DNA of 64,000 nucleotides, from contig NC_043005.1 in the NCBI RefSeq assembly GCF_006345805.1, positions 92,938,001 through 93,002,000 on the forward strand, written 5' to 3'. The position numbers and the translations under genes are program-made. Shown piece by piece: positions 14,591-27,110 of this stretch. The notes beneath the pieces are model-generated. The model was not told the origin of the DNA. It ran no database searches and saw only the letters and a list, made by a program, of their open reading frames with translations. This DNA is from Octopus sinensis. Lineage: Eukaryota. Numbering within the stretch: the stretch's first letter is position 1; each line of letters opens with the position of its first letter.

Positions 14591-15715
14591 TAAGATTCTC
14601 TTTCAGAGCTTTCTTGCAAATAGCAAACTGCCAAGCAAGCTGAAGGAGGGAGTAATATGCCCAATACATAAAGGGGTAAGTAGAGCAGATGGCAAAAACT
14701 ATAGGCCTATCTCTCTGACTTCACATATCAGCAAAGTCATGGAACACATAGTCAGAAAGAAACTAATCGCATTCCTTGAGGAAAATAACTTGCTGAGTGA
14801 TACCCAGCATGGTTTTCGACCAGGTAGGAGCTGCCTGACCCAGCTCTTACAGCATTATGACTGGGTGTTGAGGCAGTTACTCAACAAATCAAATGTGGAC
14901 GTAATCTACCTTGATTTTGCAAAAGCTTTTGACAAGGTGGATCATGGTATGATATGCCACAAACTGCGTGACCTTGGCATAGCTGGAAAACTTGGAGTGT
15001 GGTTACATGACTTCCTGAAAGATAGGAGTCAGGCAGTAGTGGTTAATGGAGCAACCTCTATGAACACACAAATAGTGAGCGGTGTTCCACAGGGCACTGT
15101 CTTGGGACCACTGCTTTTTATAGTGGCCCTCTCAGATATGCCCGGATAGCCACTCTGGTAAGCTATGCAGATGATACGAAAGTCTCGCAGAAAATACAGA
15201 ACCCCAGCGATGTTGCACACCTGCAGCAGGAGTTGGACTCAATCTACAAATAGGCTGAGGATAATAATATGCAGTTTAATGCTGAAAAATTCCAGGCCCT
15301 GTGCTACCAGCATCCAAAACTGAATATTAAACTTACAGGATACACTGGTCCACAGGGTATTTCAATCCCAGAGCCTATGTCTGTGAGGGACCTGGGTATC
15401 GACATGAGTGAGGATACCTCTTTCCAAGTGCACATTACCAGGATGGCGACAAAATGCAGACGACTGGCTGGATGGATCCTAAGAACATTCAGAACCAGAG
15501 ATAAGGAAGCCATGATGGTCCTCTGGCGGACATTCGTCCTCAGCCGCCTGGATTACTGCTCACAGCTATGGTCACCCACCAGTGTAAAATTAACAGCGGA
15601 CCTTGAAGCAATCCAGAGAAGATTCAGAAGGAAGATTGTCTCTTTGCAACAGCTCGGCTACTGTGAAAGGTTGAAACAGCTAAGACTCTACTCCCTGGAG
15701 AGAAGACGGGAGAGG
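14591..15715 (+). mobile_element. CR1-type LINE ORF2 fragment, left part (split by mariner)
   Basis: [61 protein letters not shown] then abrupt break. Confidence 0.92.
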
Positions 15716-17030
15716 CAATAAGTAATGCCCCTGACCCACTTCCCATAGCAGTAGAGCAATGACACTTGGCACAGTTATTAGTCTTTTCCTACATAGGAAC
15801 TACCCAGAGTTATGCATTTCTCCCATTGTTTGATACAGCTCTGGAGACCATTTTTGTAGAAGACCCCAGCTTGGTCCTCCAACCACGACATGACTTCAGA
15901 AATCAAGGCTGCATCATCTGGGAAACGCTTTCCTTTCAAAATCAACTTCATGGCTGGGAAGAGGTGAAAATCAGAGGGTGCAAGGGGAGGAGTTCATAGC
16001 TGCACGCCTGTGCTTCTGATCTGGCAACACGCGAGTTGTGGACTGGAGCATTGTCCTGCAGGAGGAGGATGCCTTTGCTGATTTTGATAGCTTCTCTTAA
16101 TTTCCTCAAAAGTGAAGCATAATAGGCTCCTGTAATTGTGGTACCCTTTGCCAGGAAATCTGTCATCACTACTCTGTCCTGGTCCCAGAAGACTGTGAGC
16201 ATAACCTTGTCAGCGGAGGGCTGCACCCTTGCCTTCTTTGGAGGAGGTGAGTCACGGTGCTTTCACTGCATTGACTGGGCTTTGGTCTATGGATCATAGT
16301 GATGGATCCAGGTTTTATCCTGTGTGATCAGTCTTTTGAAAAATTTTGACTCATCTTCTTGGCACATCTCCAAATTAATCCTCGAGCAGTCGACGCATTC
16401 TTGCTTCTGAAAAGGTGTGAGCAACCTGGAAATCCATCTGGCAGACACCTTTTGCATATGCAAATGGTCATGAATGATAGTTTCCACAGACCCGGTACTA
16501 ATCTTGACCTTATGGACTATTTGGCGAATAGTTATGCGTTGACCTTCCAAAATGGCAGCCTCAACTTGACGGACAGACGTCCGGAGTGTGTAACAACTTA
16601 CCTGCCGAATCGACCGGCCCCGAAAATGGATGGCGCTGGAGCGAGCGACCGATGCCGGACCGGCAGAAGGGGGCGACCAGATCTGGGAGCTGTTTCCACA
16701 GAGTTCCGACTATGTTTGAATTCACAATGCCAGCGTTTTACAAGGTCATATGATGGGGCATCATCACCATAAGTTACTTTCATTTCATCAAAAGTCTCCC
16801 GTGGTGTGCGTTCTTTCAAATACAAAAACCAGATCACTGCTCGACACTCAACAGGCTCCATTTCACACTTGACTCAGTTCAAACACCTGTAAATCAGAAA
16901 CCACAATTAGTTCAGAGCTGTAATTCGCCACTTAATCTATAGAGGTATAAATAAGTGCACATGCAAAATTTCAGCTAGATCAAAAAACTGCAAGTGGGTC
17001 AGGGGCATTACTTATTGAACGCCCCTCGTA
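15716..17030 (-). mobile_element. Tc1/mariner DNA transposon, mariner-type transposase pseudogene
   Basis: TIR caataagtaatgcccctgacccactt (left) / aagtgggtcaggggcattacttattgaacgcccctcg-TA (right); HTH ORF 16598..16861, ARWISRLL..TQDKTWIHHYDP, QDNAPVH, LAPSDFHLF. Confidence 0.93.
16578..16661 (+). rRNA. 28S: 28S (LSU) rRNA fragment, 84 bp, inserted in the transposase (not a functional gene)
   Basis: ggagtgtgtaacaacttacctgccgaatcgaccggccccgaaaatggatggcgctggagcg matches, from recall, the conserved eukaryotic LSU stretch GGAGTGTGTAACAACTCACCTGCCGAATCAACTAGCCCTGAAAATGGATGGCGCTGGAGCG. Confidence 0.85.
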
Positions 17031-17299
17031 TGCAGTAATATATGTCTGGAAGATCCTGGAAGGAATTGTGCCAAATTTTGGCATTGTAAGCTACACCAAT
17101 GCTAGAACGGGACGACACTGCATAGTGCCAAAGATCCCAGGAATGCCATCACGCTTCAGGACCAGCTACTGCAACAGCCTGGGTTTCAAGGGCCCACAGC
17201 TTTTTAATATTCTCCCAAAGAGTCTGAGGAACTTGCACAAAGTAGATGTAGTGGTTTTTAAATCAAAGCTGGACATCTTCCTGTCGAGAGTCCCAGATG
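17029..17299 (+). mobile_element. CR1-type LINE ORF2 fragment, right part
   Basis: Resumes TAT GCA GTA ATA TAT GTC TGG AAG ATC CTG GAA GGA (YAVIYVWKILEG), exactly continuing ERRRER at 15715. Confidence 0.9.
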
Positions 17300-18044
17300 T
17301 TTGGAGATGTGTATGCATATGATTATGTGTATAAGTATGTGATCGTCAACGTATATTTTACATAGGTATGTTTCTATGTTGATGCCTCGAGAATAAATAT
17401 GAGTATATGTGTAGATATGTATGTGTGTGAGTATATTTCTGCGTATGTATGTGTGTGTGTGTGTGTTGAGATAAATATGTGTGTTTTAAATTTTGGTACA
17501 AGGCCAGCAGTGTTAAAGGAGGCAGCAAATCAATTACACTGCCCTGAGTGCTCTGGAAGACACTGGACTGCACTGGAATTTGAACTCTGAACATGAAGAG
17601 CTGAGCATTTTGACTGGTCCACTAATGATTCTATCAGTTTGATGCCCTCACTTGCATATTAATAATACCGAAAATAGCAAGCAGCCTAGAAGCTCACAGT
17701 GCAAATAATTATACACATATATATATGTGTGTGTGTTTGTGTGTATAAATGATTATGAAATAGTGAGGGCCAACATAGGTGTGGTAAGAACAATTGGTTT
17801 GCCTCTGGCATAGACAAGACTTGCGTAGATGAAGAGATGATAATTAATCAATAGAGCTCATTAAATCAATATATCCAATACACTTCATCCCGTATTTAAA
17901 TTGACAGAAATTCCAATAAGATGGCTGCCACTATACAACTTCAGTATATAACAACAGAAGCTGCTAATTATGTGATAATAAGTCTGTGGGTGAAGGGAAT
18001 ATAATTATTAGTTACATATTACGTGGCTATTGCCAGCCTCCTCT

Positions 18045-18236
18045 AGCCACTGTGCCAGTGGCACATAAAAAGCACCCACTACACTCATGAAGTGGTTTGC
18101 GTTAGGAAGGGCATCCAGCTGTAGAAACACTGCCAGATCAGACTGAAGCCTGGTGCAGCCTCCTGGCTTCCCAGACCCCGGTCGAACTGTCCAACCCATG
18201 CTAGCATGGAAAACGGATATTAAACGATGATGATGA
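18045..18236 (+). mobile_element. RTE 3'-tail fragment
   Basis: gtggcacataaaaagcacccactacactc...catgctagcatggaaaacggatattaaacgatgatg. Confidence 0.8.
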
Positions 18237-18891
18237 TTACATACACCATACATGTTGAATGCTCCTTCTCTCCCTGTCACAGCCCACTGTCATAATGGAT
18301 TTGTCAAAACAGGATTCTTGGCAAATTCGTTATGGCACTGGAATATGGCAGTGGAAAAGTATCTGAAGAGAAGGTACACTGAACGTCTTATGTAACAATT
18401 TAAAGTTACATAATATGCATCTGGTGAGTCATTTGAAAAATGTCATACATAACTATCCTATTCCCTTCCTCTACAGACTGATGTGTATATATGTATATGT
18501 ACGTATGTGTGTATGTGTCCACATACATAGTGTTTATATGTGTCTATATATATGTGTCCACAAAGGGTAAAATTAATTAATTAAGAAGTAATCAGTAATT
18601 TCACCAAGTAGAATTCGGCATGAAAAAGACCATTTCATGATAATGTGTATGTATGTATCCACATATATGTATATGTAAGTGTCCATATGTATGTGTGCAT
18701 ACATGTACATATGTGTATGTATGTATGTATGTGTGTGTGTGTGCATACATGTATATATGTGTGTATATGTATGTGTGCATACATGTGTATGTATATGTAT
18801 GTTTGCATACATGTATATATGTGTGTATATGCATGTGTGCATATATGTGTACTTACACACACACACACTTATATGTGTGCACACAGATGCA

Positions 18892-19380
18892 TACGAGGTA
18901 GTATCAAAAAGTCCCCAGACCAGGAAAGAGATGGAAGCCCACAGTTGCTAAATCTATTGAATAGGGTGGGTGTGGAAGCGACACCAGGTTGTTTTTTGTG
19001 AGAAAAGTACAAGTGAGGAGGGTTCTGTGAACGGCTGTCTTGTTATTGTGAAGAAACCAATTCTTCACACTTCACAGGTCCGGTTGCTTTTGCTGAATGT
19101 CCTCCTCCCACAAATACTTCAAAATGTCGCAGTAGAGTTCTTGATTGATGATCTGGCTCTGGGGGACGAATTCCGCTTTCTGTCCATGATGAAAATCACA
19201 GACTACAGCATACATGTGATCCCAAAAACACAAATTTCACAAGTTGTGAAGTAAGCTCAGTGATGTCACTCAGCACACTGCCTCGTGAAGGTCACTGTTA
19301 GCTCTCACTGCACACACAACCTTGTGTTGCCATCTGTTGGTGTGCTAACTAGCCTGGGTACCTTTTGATACCACCTCGTA
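18892..19380 (-). mobile_element. Internally deleted mariner (non-autonomous, second family) with TA TSDs
   Basis: TAcgaggtagtatcaaaaagt ... accttttgataccacctcgTA; minus strand retains IINQELYCDIL..QPDL..KNWFLHNN transposase remnant. Confidence 0.85.
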
Positions 19381-21959
19381 TGTGTGCACACGCATGCATA
19401 CATGACATTTGTCCAAGTGCCCTGGAACTACGGGGTTGGAAAGCATGTTTCTTACTACACAGCAATGCCTGCATCTATTGTGCACACGCACACACACAAA
19501 TATGTACACGTGTGTGTGTAATAAATCTAAATAAATAGTCAACAATTCCAGTGGAACCTTGCATAACCTTCCGTCTGACAACAGCGATGGTGAATTTTAT
19601 ACTCAGCTTCTGATCGATGAATATTTTATAATACATAGCATCATGTGTGACAAATATTGCCTGCTTGGTTGTTAAGATCAGTGAGATTAGTTGGACCCAT
19701 CCTTTGAATATTGTACAACCCTTCTATTTTTAGAATTGCTACAGAGTTCCAGTAGCTTTTTGTATTAGAGTAAGTGTTACAGTTTCTCTTGAATAATTAG
19801 GGTGAATTATGAATGATTTAGAATGTAAAAAACAACTGCGTGTTCGGCTCAGTGTTTTACTGAACAATACTTCCCATATTGTAGTAAAAAAAAATTACAA
19901 ATCTTTTATTTGAAGTGTGTGTGTGTGTTGACATGAAAATAATTTCACTTGATGTAAGTCGTATGGAGTGTGTGTGTGTATGCCTATGTATGTATGTATA
20001 TACGTGTATATGTAGCTTGAATTGATGTCTTCCTGTCTTCCCTTTATTTATGAATATTCTTCCTCAAAGGAAGGAGCTATTTTCATGCAAAGAACCAAAA
20101 GCTCCATGTCTGGAATTTGTATAACAGCAACAATAATTCTTATGCATTGAACTTTAGGAAAGTCTTTCATATTTTTACTCTTCCATTTACAGACTGTGTC
20201 TTTAAAGTGCATTTTTGTTCTCTTCCTTTGCTTGAAAAATCGTAGTTTTTGTATGTATGTGTGCATTGTATGCACATAGGTGTATGCATATGTGTGTGCA
20301 CATGCATGGATGACACTTAAATGCTCCCATAATTATTGGTAGAATTCTAAATTTATAGTCCAGATAGTGTAGCTGGAGATTCCTCGTTAGTTTGGCATAG
20401 ATGTTCTGCATTTGTGTGCCAGTGTGTATGTGCATGTATGTATATATGTGTGTGCATGTATGTATTATGTGTGTGTGGTGGGTGCAGAGGATATTTTGAT
20501 ATTCTTGAATGGTGTCTATCTGGAATTGAAGACTATTCAATGTGCAACTTTTGAGAATTACTTTGGACATTGAGTTAAATGATTGCTATTTCAAGAGGTT
20601 GAATTCAGTTTGATTTCAAATTAAGCAAGAATGTTTACAAGTGTAGCAGTGATGGAATAAATCATATTTTTGAAGCATACATACGTGTGTGTGTGTGCAT
20701 GCATGCATGTGCACACACACGTTTGTGTGCATGCATGTACACACACGCACACACACATACATACACACACACACACATTTATGTAGTGAACCCACATTAA
20801 ACCAGACCTTGTTAAACTGGATTTCAGGAAAACCTGGCAAAATCTGATACAAGTGAGTTACTTCCATTGAGTAGTAGAGGTGTGTGGTTGTATATTTTGA
20901 GTAAGATCAGCAATGTCCACTCGTCAAAGAGGATTCCTTAAGCTAATGATAATGGGATCTAATTTGTTTGTCCTCTGTTGTGAAATATTGGGGCTGTTGT
21001 TCTGAAGAAGCACTATATACTTTACAGCCTGGGTTATTGGAAGAGGACATTCTTAATGGGAGTAAAAACCCTCCACATGAAACTGACTGTCAATGACATC
21101 AAACACTTAAAACTCAAGGGTATAATTTTCAAATTTAGCAGTTTCCTGGAAGGAACTGAAGCCGGCTATTCTAGATAACACTTGGCGGGAGCGAGGAGAG
21201 AATAATAATAGATAAAAACAACTTCTGAACAATGTGGAAGGAGAGAACAGATTTGAAAGATGAGAAGCAATGAATTTTCATTGCCCTGAGCAGACAGAAC
21301 ATGTCAGAGATGATGATAAACATGTTGAGAAGACAGGGACTTTGGACAGCAAATGCTGAAGAATAGTGGATGAAGCTATCAGTGATCACAACAGAGATGT
21401 GAGGATGATGAAGATAATGAACCTAGACTCTCTGTTACATTAGAATCTCTTGGTAACAGCATCATTATTTAATGTCCACTTTTCTCTGCTTGTATGAATC
21501 AGATGGAATTCTTTGATGCAGATTTCCTGTGACCAGATACCCTTCCTGTTGCCAAACGAGTTAGTGTTTTCCCTTCACACATTATATACCATGGAAAACT
21601 AGAAATGAAAGACATTTGTATGAGGGTGGTACTTGTTGACAATCATGTGATGTCAAAATGGGTTCATACAGACACTCATATAACAAACTTATTTCAGTTT
21701 CAATCTACCAAATCCACTCACAAAGCTTTGCTTAACCCCTGGGTTATAGTAGAAGTCCAGTGTACTCTACAGTGGGATTGAACCTGAAACCACACCATTA
21801 GGAAGCAAGCTTCTCAACTATTCAGCCACACCTACACTTAGACATTGACTTATCAGCAGAAACTGATGCCTAGCAATGTCACCAACATCTCTCAGCTTCT
21901 GACCCCTTACCATTCGAATAACCTGCTTCTTCACACTTCTTTCACCGATGTCTTTTGTT

Positions 21960-22345
21960 CTACTTGTTTTAGCCGTTAGTCTGCTGCATCCATGCTAGAG
22001 CAACACCTTGAAGAATTTTAGTTGAACAAATTTATTGTTGTACTTATTTTTTTTGTTTTGTCTTTTTAAGCTTGGTAAGTTATTCTATTAGTCTCTTTTT
22101 CTGCACTGCTAAGTTACAGGAATATAAACATCCTCAATGGTATCAAACGGTAGTGGGGGACAGACAAGCAGACACACATATACACATAATGGGCTTCTTT
22201 CAGTTTCTGTCTACCAAATCCACTCACATGGTTTTGGTCAGCCTGAGGCTAAAGCAGAAGACACTTGCCCGTGGTGCCACATAGTAGGACTGAACCTGGA
22301 CTCATGGTTGGGAAACAAACTTTTTACCATACAGCCATATCTGAT
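21960..22345 (-). mobile_element. CORE-type SINE (family 2), diverged; second fragment at ~21680-21840
   Basis: gggcttctttcagtttctgtctaccaaatccactcac, gaagacacttgccc, tail acttgttttagcc. Confidence 0.7.
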
Positions 22346-23112
22346 TGCATAGTTTTAGAATGACATTGTAGGTAGGTGTAAGAGGCCAGATCTAGCCAGT
22401 TTGAACATAAAACAATTAGAATATTTTGGCTTGATATGCAGAAATGCTAAAAGGTTAAGGAACTCATGTGACTCTGCCATTTTTGCATGGTGAACAGCTG
22501 AGACTCAATTCAATCTAAAAGTCAATGCTCTTCTCAATGACGATGCAACTGTTAAGCTTATTCATGGCCTTCATGACCCAACTGCAGGTGACTCAGTTTT
22601 TTTCTTAGTCACTTCATCAAGTGCCAGCCTCAAGACAGATTATCGTAGCTCTACTAACTTATAACAAACTGTCATCTCTTCTACTACATCACTCTATTTC
22701 TAGCCTCACTTTTACTACAGCTTCATGAAATGAAAATCTCTCTCTCTCTATATATATATTAGTATACCTGTGCTTTAAAAAATGATGGCATTTTAAAAGA
22801 TATAAGTTGAACCTGGTATTTAATAAATGCATCAACATAACATGCATTAAACTTATATTTGATATAAACTTGTTTCAATACACCTACACTGCAAGGTTTG
22901 CTTCTGACCAAAGTTCATTTACCAAAAGTTTTGTCAATAATCAATGTAGCATGCATAATTTATACATAATTCATACAATGATATTTCATTATGACCTACC
23001 CCCATATATAAAGTTGTTACAGTGAAGCCTTCATACATATACAACATACAAATTTTATTCAGTAATATATGTTGCTGCATATATTTCTTATGGTTAATGT
23101 CAACGAGTTTCT

Positions 23113-23636
23113 ATATAAAACTAGCAGTATCGCCCGGCGTTGCTCGGGTTTGTAAGGGAAATAACTATATAAGCATTTTTAGAGAGTTACTTCCCTTATA
23201 GATGCCAATTCGGGCTTTCTTAGCCATTTCTGTTTTGGTGTCTTCAAGCCATGAAGTCGTTGTTCTAAAAGAACGCTGGTCTCCTTGACAACGCTTTACA
23301 ACATTGATTTCCTTACACTCCCTTCCCCACAGCTTCACGGGGGAGGGAAGAAGGGGGAGAAGCAAACAGGTGCAGGTGTGACCATGGACGCCAACTCCGC
23401 CGCCATCGACACACGAAAAATTATGCATTAAAATGGAATAAAAAATGATGTTAAATTATTTTTAAAATCGTAGACTCATCGTAGACGCGCGCTAATACTC
23501 AGATGGGCTCGATATGAATCACGACTATAAGATACCCGAATTTGGTTAAACTGCACCGCAAAATGTGGGAGTAGTTAGGAATCTAAATCGAAGGGGATAG
23601 ACACTCACACAACTACAGTTTTATATATATATAGAT
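23113..23636 (+). mobile_element. Helentron/HINE (DINE-1-like) non-autonomous element
   Basis: Starts aactagcagtatcgcccggcgttgctcggg (actag plus short GC palindrome), ends cacacaactacagttttatatatatatagat; CpG-rich relative to flanks. Assignment from terminal-motif resemblance. Confidence 0.6.
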
Positions 23637-24320
23637 ATGACAGTTTTCCTGTACTAGAATATAAGATGCATTTCAAACATTGCTCAGATACATTGTACAT
23701 TACTGAATATAATTTTAGATAGCTTTCCATTGAGTCCATTTTGTGAACATGGCTGGAACGACATATCCTTAGTAGTTCTTACAGTTTTGTGTTTATTTAA
23801 GCAGATCTTTTTGTACATTTTTGCAAAGAATTTGTTTCCAGTCAGATTTCCTTGATCTCTGCTTATCTACAACCTCAGATTATTTTTATTTCTTGATTGT
23901 GTGTATTGCATGTGTGTGTGTATAGTTCAAATTTACAGAAAACAGAAGATGAAGACAGGTGAGGGAACAACATCAGGTGTGCTAGTTTGGTGCTTGGGAA
24001 GAATTGAAAAGTCTTTGACATTAAGCCCACGTTCTTTGACAGAAAGGGCTGAGAGGGAAAAAATGCAGAGAATAAAAAAAATAACAAAGAGAAAAAATGT
24101 GTAGGAATTAACGGCTCAACACGATGGAAAAATGTATAGACTCGACTATCAGATGTAATACATCACTGGTCACTGTGCGCTTCTTGTCATTGTTTTAGCT
24201 TTCAAATGATGCTACCTCTGACCAGAACACCTGACTGTTGCACGGTGACCCATTGACAGCTGAGTGCACTGCACTAGGCTCTGTTTTCCCTATCAATTAT
24301 TTTAAATGTATATGTATATA

Positions 24321-24728
24321 TCTTTTACTCTTTTGCTTGTTTCAGTCATTTGACTGCGGTCATGCTGGAGCACCACCTTTAGTCAAATAAATCGACCCTG
24401 GGACTTATTCTTTGTAAGCCTAGTACTTATTCAATCGTCTCTTTTTGCTGAAACGCTAAGTGACGGGGACATTAACACACCAACATCGGTTGTCAAGCAA
24501 TGGTGGGGGGGACAAATACAAACAACAAGCACATACATATATATGTACATGCATATATATATATGCAACGGGCTTCTTTCAGTTTCCATCTATCAAATCC
24601 ACTCACAAGGCTTTGGTCGGCCAGAGGCTGTAGTAGTAGACACTTGCCCAAGGTGCCACGCAGTGGGACTGAACCCGGAACCATGTGGTTGGGAAGCAAG
24701 CTTCTTACCACTTAGCCACTCCTGCGCC
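24321..24728 (-). mobile_element. CORE-type SINE (family 2), full length
   Basis: tRNA-like head rc of ggaagcaagcttcttaccacttagccactcctgcgcct; core; tail tcttttactcttttgcttgtttcagtcatttgactgcgg. Confidence 0.85.
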
Positions 24729-24739
24729 TGTTATACACC

Positions 24740-25172
24740 ATGTTTCCTTAATTGGACTGCAGCCATGTTGGGACACTGCCTCAAAGCGTTTAGTCGAACA
24801 AATCACCCCCCCCCCCGACCTCGTACTTATTATGCCTGGTACTTAATTTATCGCTGTGTTTTGCCGAACCACTAAGTTACGAGGAAGTATAAAAAAAAGT
24901 CCTAGGGTCGATTTGTTTGACTAAAACCTTTCAAGGCAGTGCCCCCTGCAGGGCTGCAGTCAATGAATTAAACGAATAAAAATAAACCAGCGCTGGTTGT
25001 CAAGGGTGGTGGGGATGTTTGTCCCCCACGCAAAAAGACGTGCGCACGCACACGACGGGCTTCTTTCAGTTTCCGTGTACCAAATTCGCTCAGAGCTTTG
25101 GTCGGTCCGGGATATAATAGATCTGAAACCGTGTTGTTTGGAAATGAGCTTCTTACCATACAAACATGCTTT
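24740..25172 (-). mobile_element. Degenerate CORE-type SINE interrupted by an oppositely oriented SINE tail (~24895-24980)
   Basis: gacgggcttctttcagtttccgtgtaccaaattc core on -; gggtcgatttgtttgactaaaacctttcaaggcagtgcccc tail on +. Confidence 0.55.
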
Positions 25173-25269
25173 CGTGTGTCTATATTCATATAATTTATAT
25201 ATATGTATGTTTAAATGTTTGTATGTCTAGTATGTAGAGAAATTATATCTTCGTTATATATAATTATAC

Positions 25270-25906
25270 TGGCGCGCGTGCGTTAACCGAGCATTTTAGA
25301 GAGTAACACACGAACTACATCAGTGAAACACACACGTCCGCACCCTGTTCAATTCGTTTCTCTCACGTTCAAATACAAGTTTTCTCCTTCTGCCCAGTGA
25401 CATATAAATATTCTCCTATGTACCCATACTCTCACCACTATCTGTCGTAGTTTTTTTTTATTTTATCGTCTCAGAAATCCCTCTCTCTCTCTCTCTCTCT
25501 CTCTCATTTTAACACATTCTGGTACATAAACCCATTTGTTCATCATATACACATCTAGTCACTCTCTCTAGCTTCTCATACCCGCATCCGCACCCACCCG
25601 TAAAGAGAATTCATGACATTCGAAGAGAGTGAGAAAACACCAATTATTCTAATGCTGTCTGATGCTACTCTAACTTCTCTTATTTCTGTTGAGGTTTCAT
25701 ATTTTTAAGGTCGGAGAATGTGCTCTAGACAAATAGAGAGACGTTTGTTCGCACATGGCGCTCAACCGGATGCTTCAGGTCCCACTCCTCATTCACGACT
25801 TCAAATCTGTTTCTTTTTTTGTTTGTTTGTCCTTTAGTCTTAATTTCTTGAATTTTCTTTTCGCATTTTCCTTACGATTATTTGTGAAGAGATGGAGAAG
25901 GTACGA
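25270..25906 (+). promoter_or_regulatory. Candidate CpG-rich promoter / first exon with ATG GAG AAG|GTACGA donor at 25900/25901
   Basis: Non-repetitive-looking, roughly 30 CpG in 800 bp by eye versus sparse CpG in flanks; ATG 25892 followed by AAG|GT. Confidence 0.35.
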
Positions 25907-26092
25907 ATAAATAGAATTTAATAACTACGGAAGGGTGCAAGAACTGTTTTTGGAAGTGGTTAACTATATTTGTTTCCTTCCCAAGTGTGTGTGTGTGTGT
26001 GATGGAGGTATGACTTTTATGATAGCAGTAGTGGTCGTTATGGTGGTTGAAGTACTTCTTTTAAATCTGTGTCAGCCTTGTGAGCGAGAGAC

Positions 26093-26141
<49 letters not shown>

Positions 26142-26268
26142 TCTTTTTTACTCACAAGGGGCTAAACATAGAGGGGTCAAACAAGGACAGGCAAACGAAA
26201 TTAAGTCGATTACATCGACCTCAGTGCGTAACTGGTACTTGATTTAACGACCCCGACAGGATGAAAGG

Positions 26269-26310
<42 letters not shown>

Positions 26311-26341
26311 GAAGCATGTCTACACAAGTGTGCCCCAAGCT

Positions 26342-26955
26342 TTTGTTTCTTCACAGCTTCCAGAAAAATGGTAATTTTTTAAAGTAGTTTTCTAAAAATA
26401 CGTTTTAGATTCCGATTATATCTGAATTTGTGGGGGAAGAATTTTCCGAGGGTGGGGCGAGGAGTTTCGGATAATTCACACGAGTCTACTTTGTTTCTTC
26501 GTAACTTTCAGAAAAATGGATATTTTTTAATGAAAATTTCTACAAATACTTTTCAGTGCGTGAAAATTACGATTAAATCGGAATTTAATATGACTAGCCC
26601 CCCCCCCCAACCGTGGTGAGCTCCTATAAATACTGACACACATCAAATGAAACTTTAAATTTCGAAAAAAGAAAAAAAATTGATATGTGTCAGTATGTAT
26701 GTGTATGAGTCGACCAATTTTCTTTTTCATATTAAATTCCCGTATGATCATAATCTACACACTCTGAAAACTATTTGTTGAAAATTTCATAAAAAAATAA
26801 CCCATTTTTCTGAAAGATGAAGAAACAAAAGGCAACTCTACCCTCGGAACAAGTTTTTTTCACATTAAATTCTGATATAATCATAACCTTCACCATCTGA
26901 AGGGTATTTGTAGAAAGTTTCATTAAAAAAAAATATTCATTTTTCTAGAAGTTAA
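26342..26955. mobile_element. Foldback-type palindromic element with modular (tandemly repeated) long TIRs
   Basis: Two direct copies of tttgtttcttc..cagaaaaatgg..tttttt..tttcta.aaatac (26342, 26489), two inverted copies (26727-26832, 26860-26953), inner IR atactgacacacatcaa/ttgatatgtgtcagtat. Confidence 0.7.
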
Positions 26956-27014
26956 GTCGGAGGGGCACTCTTGTGCAGGTAAACCTATGTATGTATGTAT
27001 ATGTATATATATAT

Positions 27015-27048
<34 letters not shown>

Positions 27049-27079
27049 CATACATACATACATACACACACACATACAT

Positions 27080-27110
<31 letters not shown>

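Noticed and set aside
16595-16605. ACTTACCTG resembling the U1 snRNA 5' end
   Set aside because: It lies inside a longer match to 28S rRNA and no other U1 sequence follows
22498-22590. Possible exon AETQFNLKVNALLNDDATVKLIHGLHDPTA with GCAG|GTGACT donor
   Set aside because: Weak acceptor, no recognisable homology, no neighbouring exons
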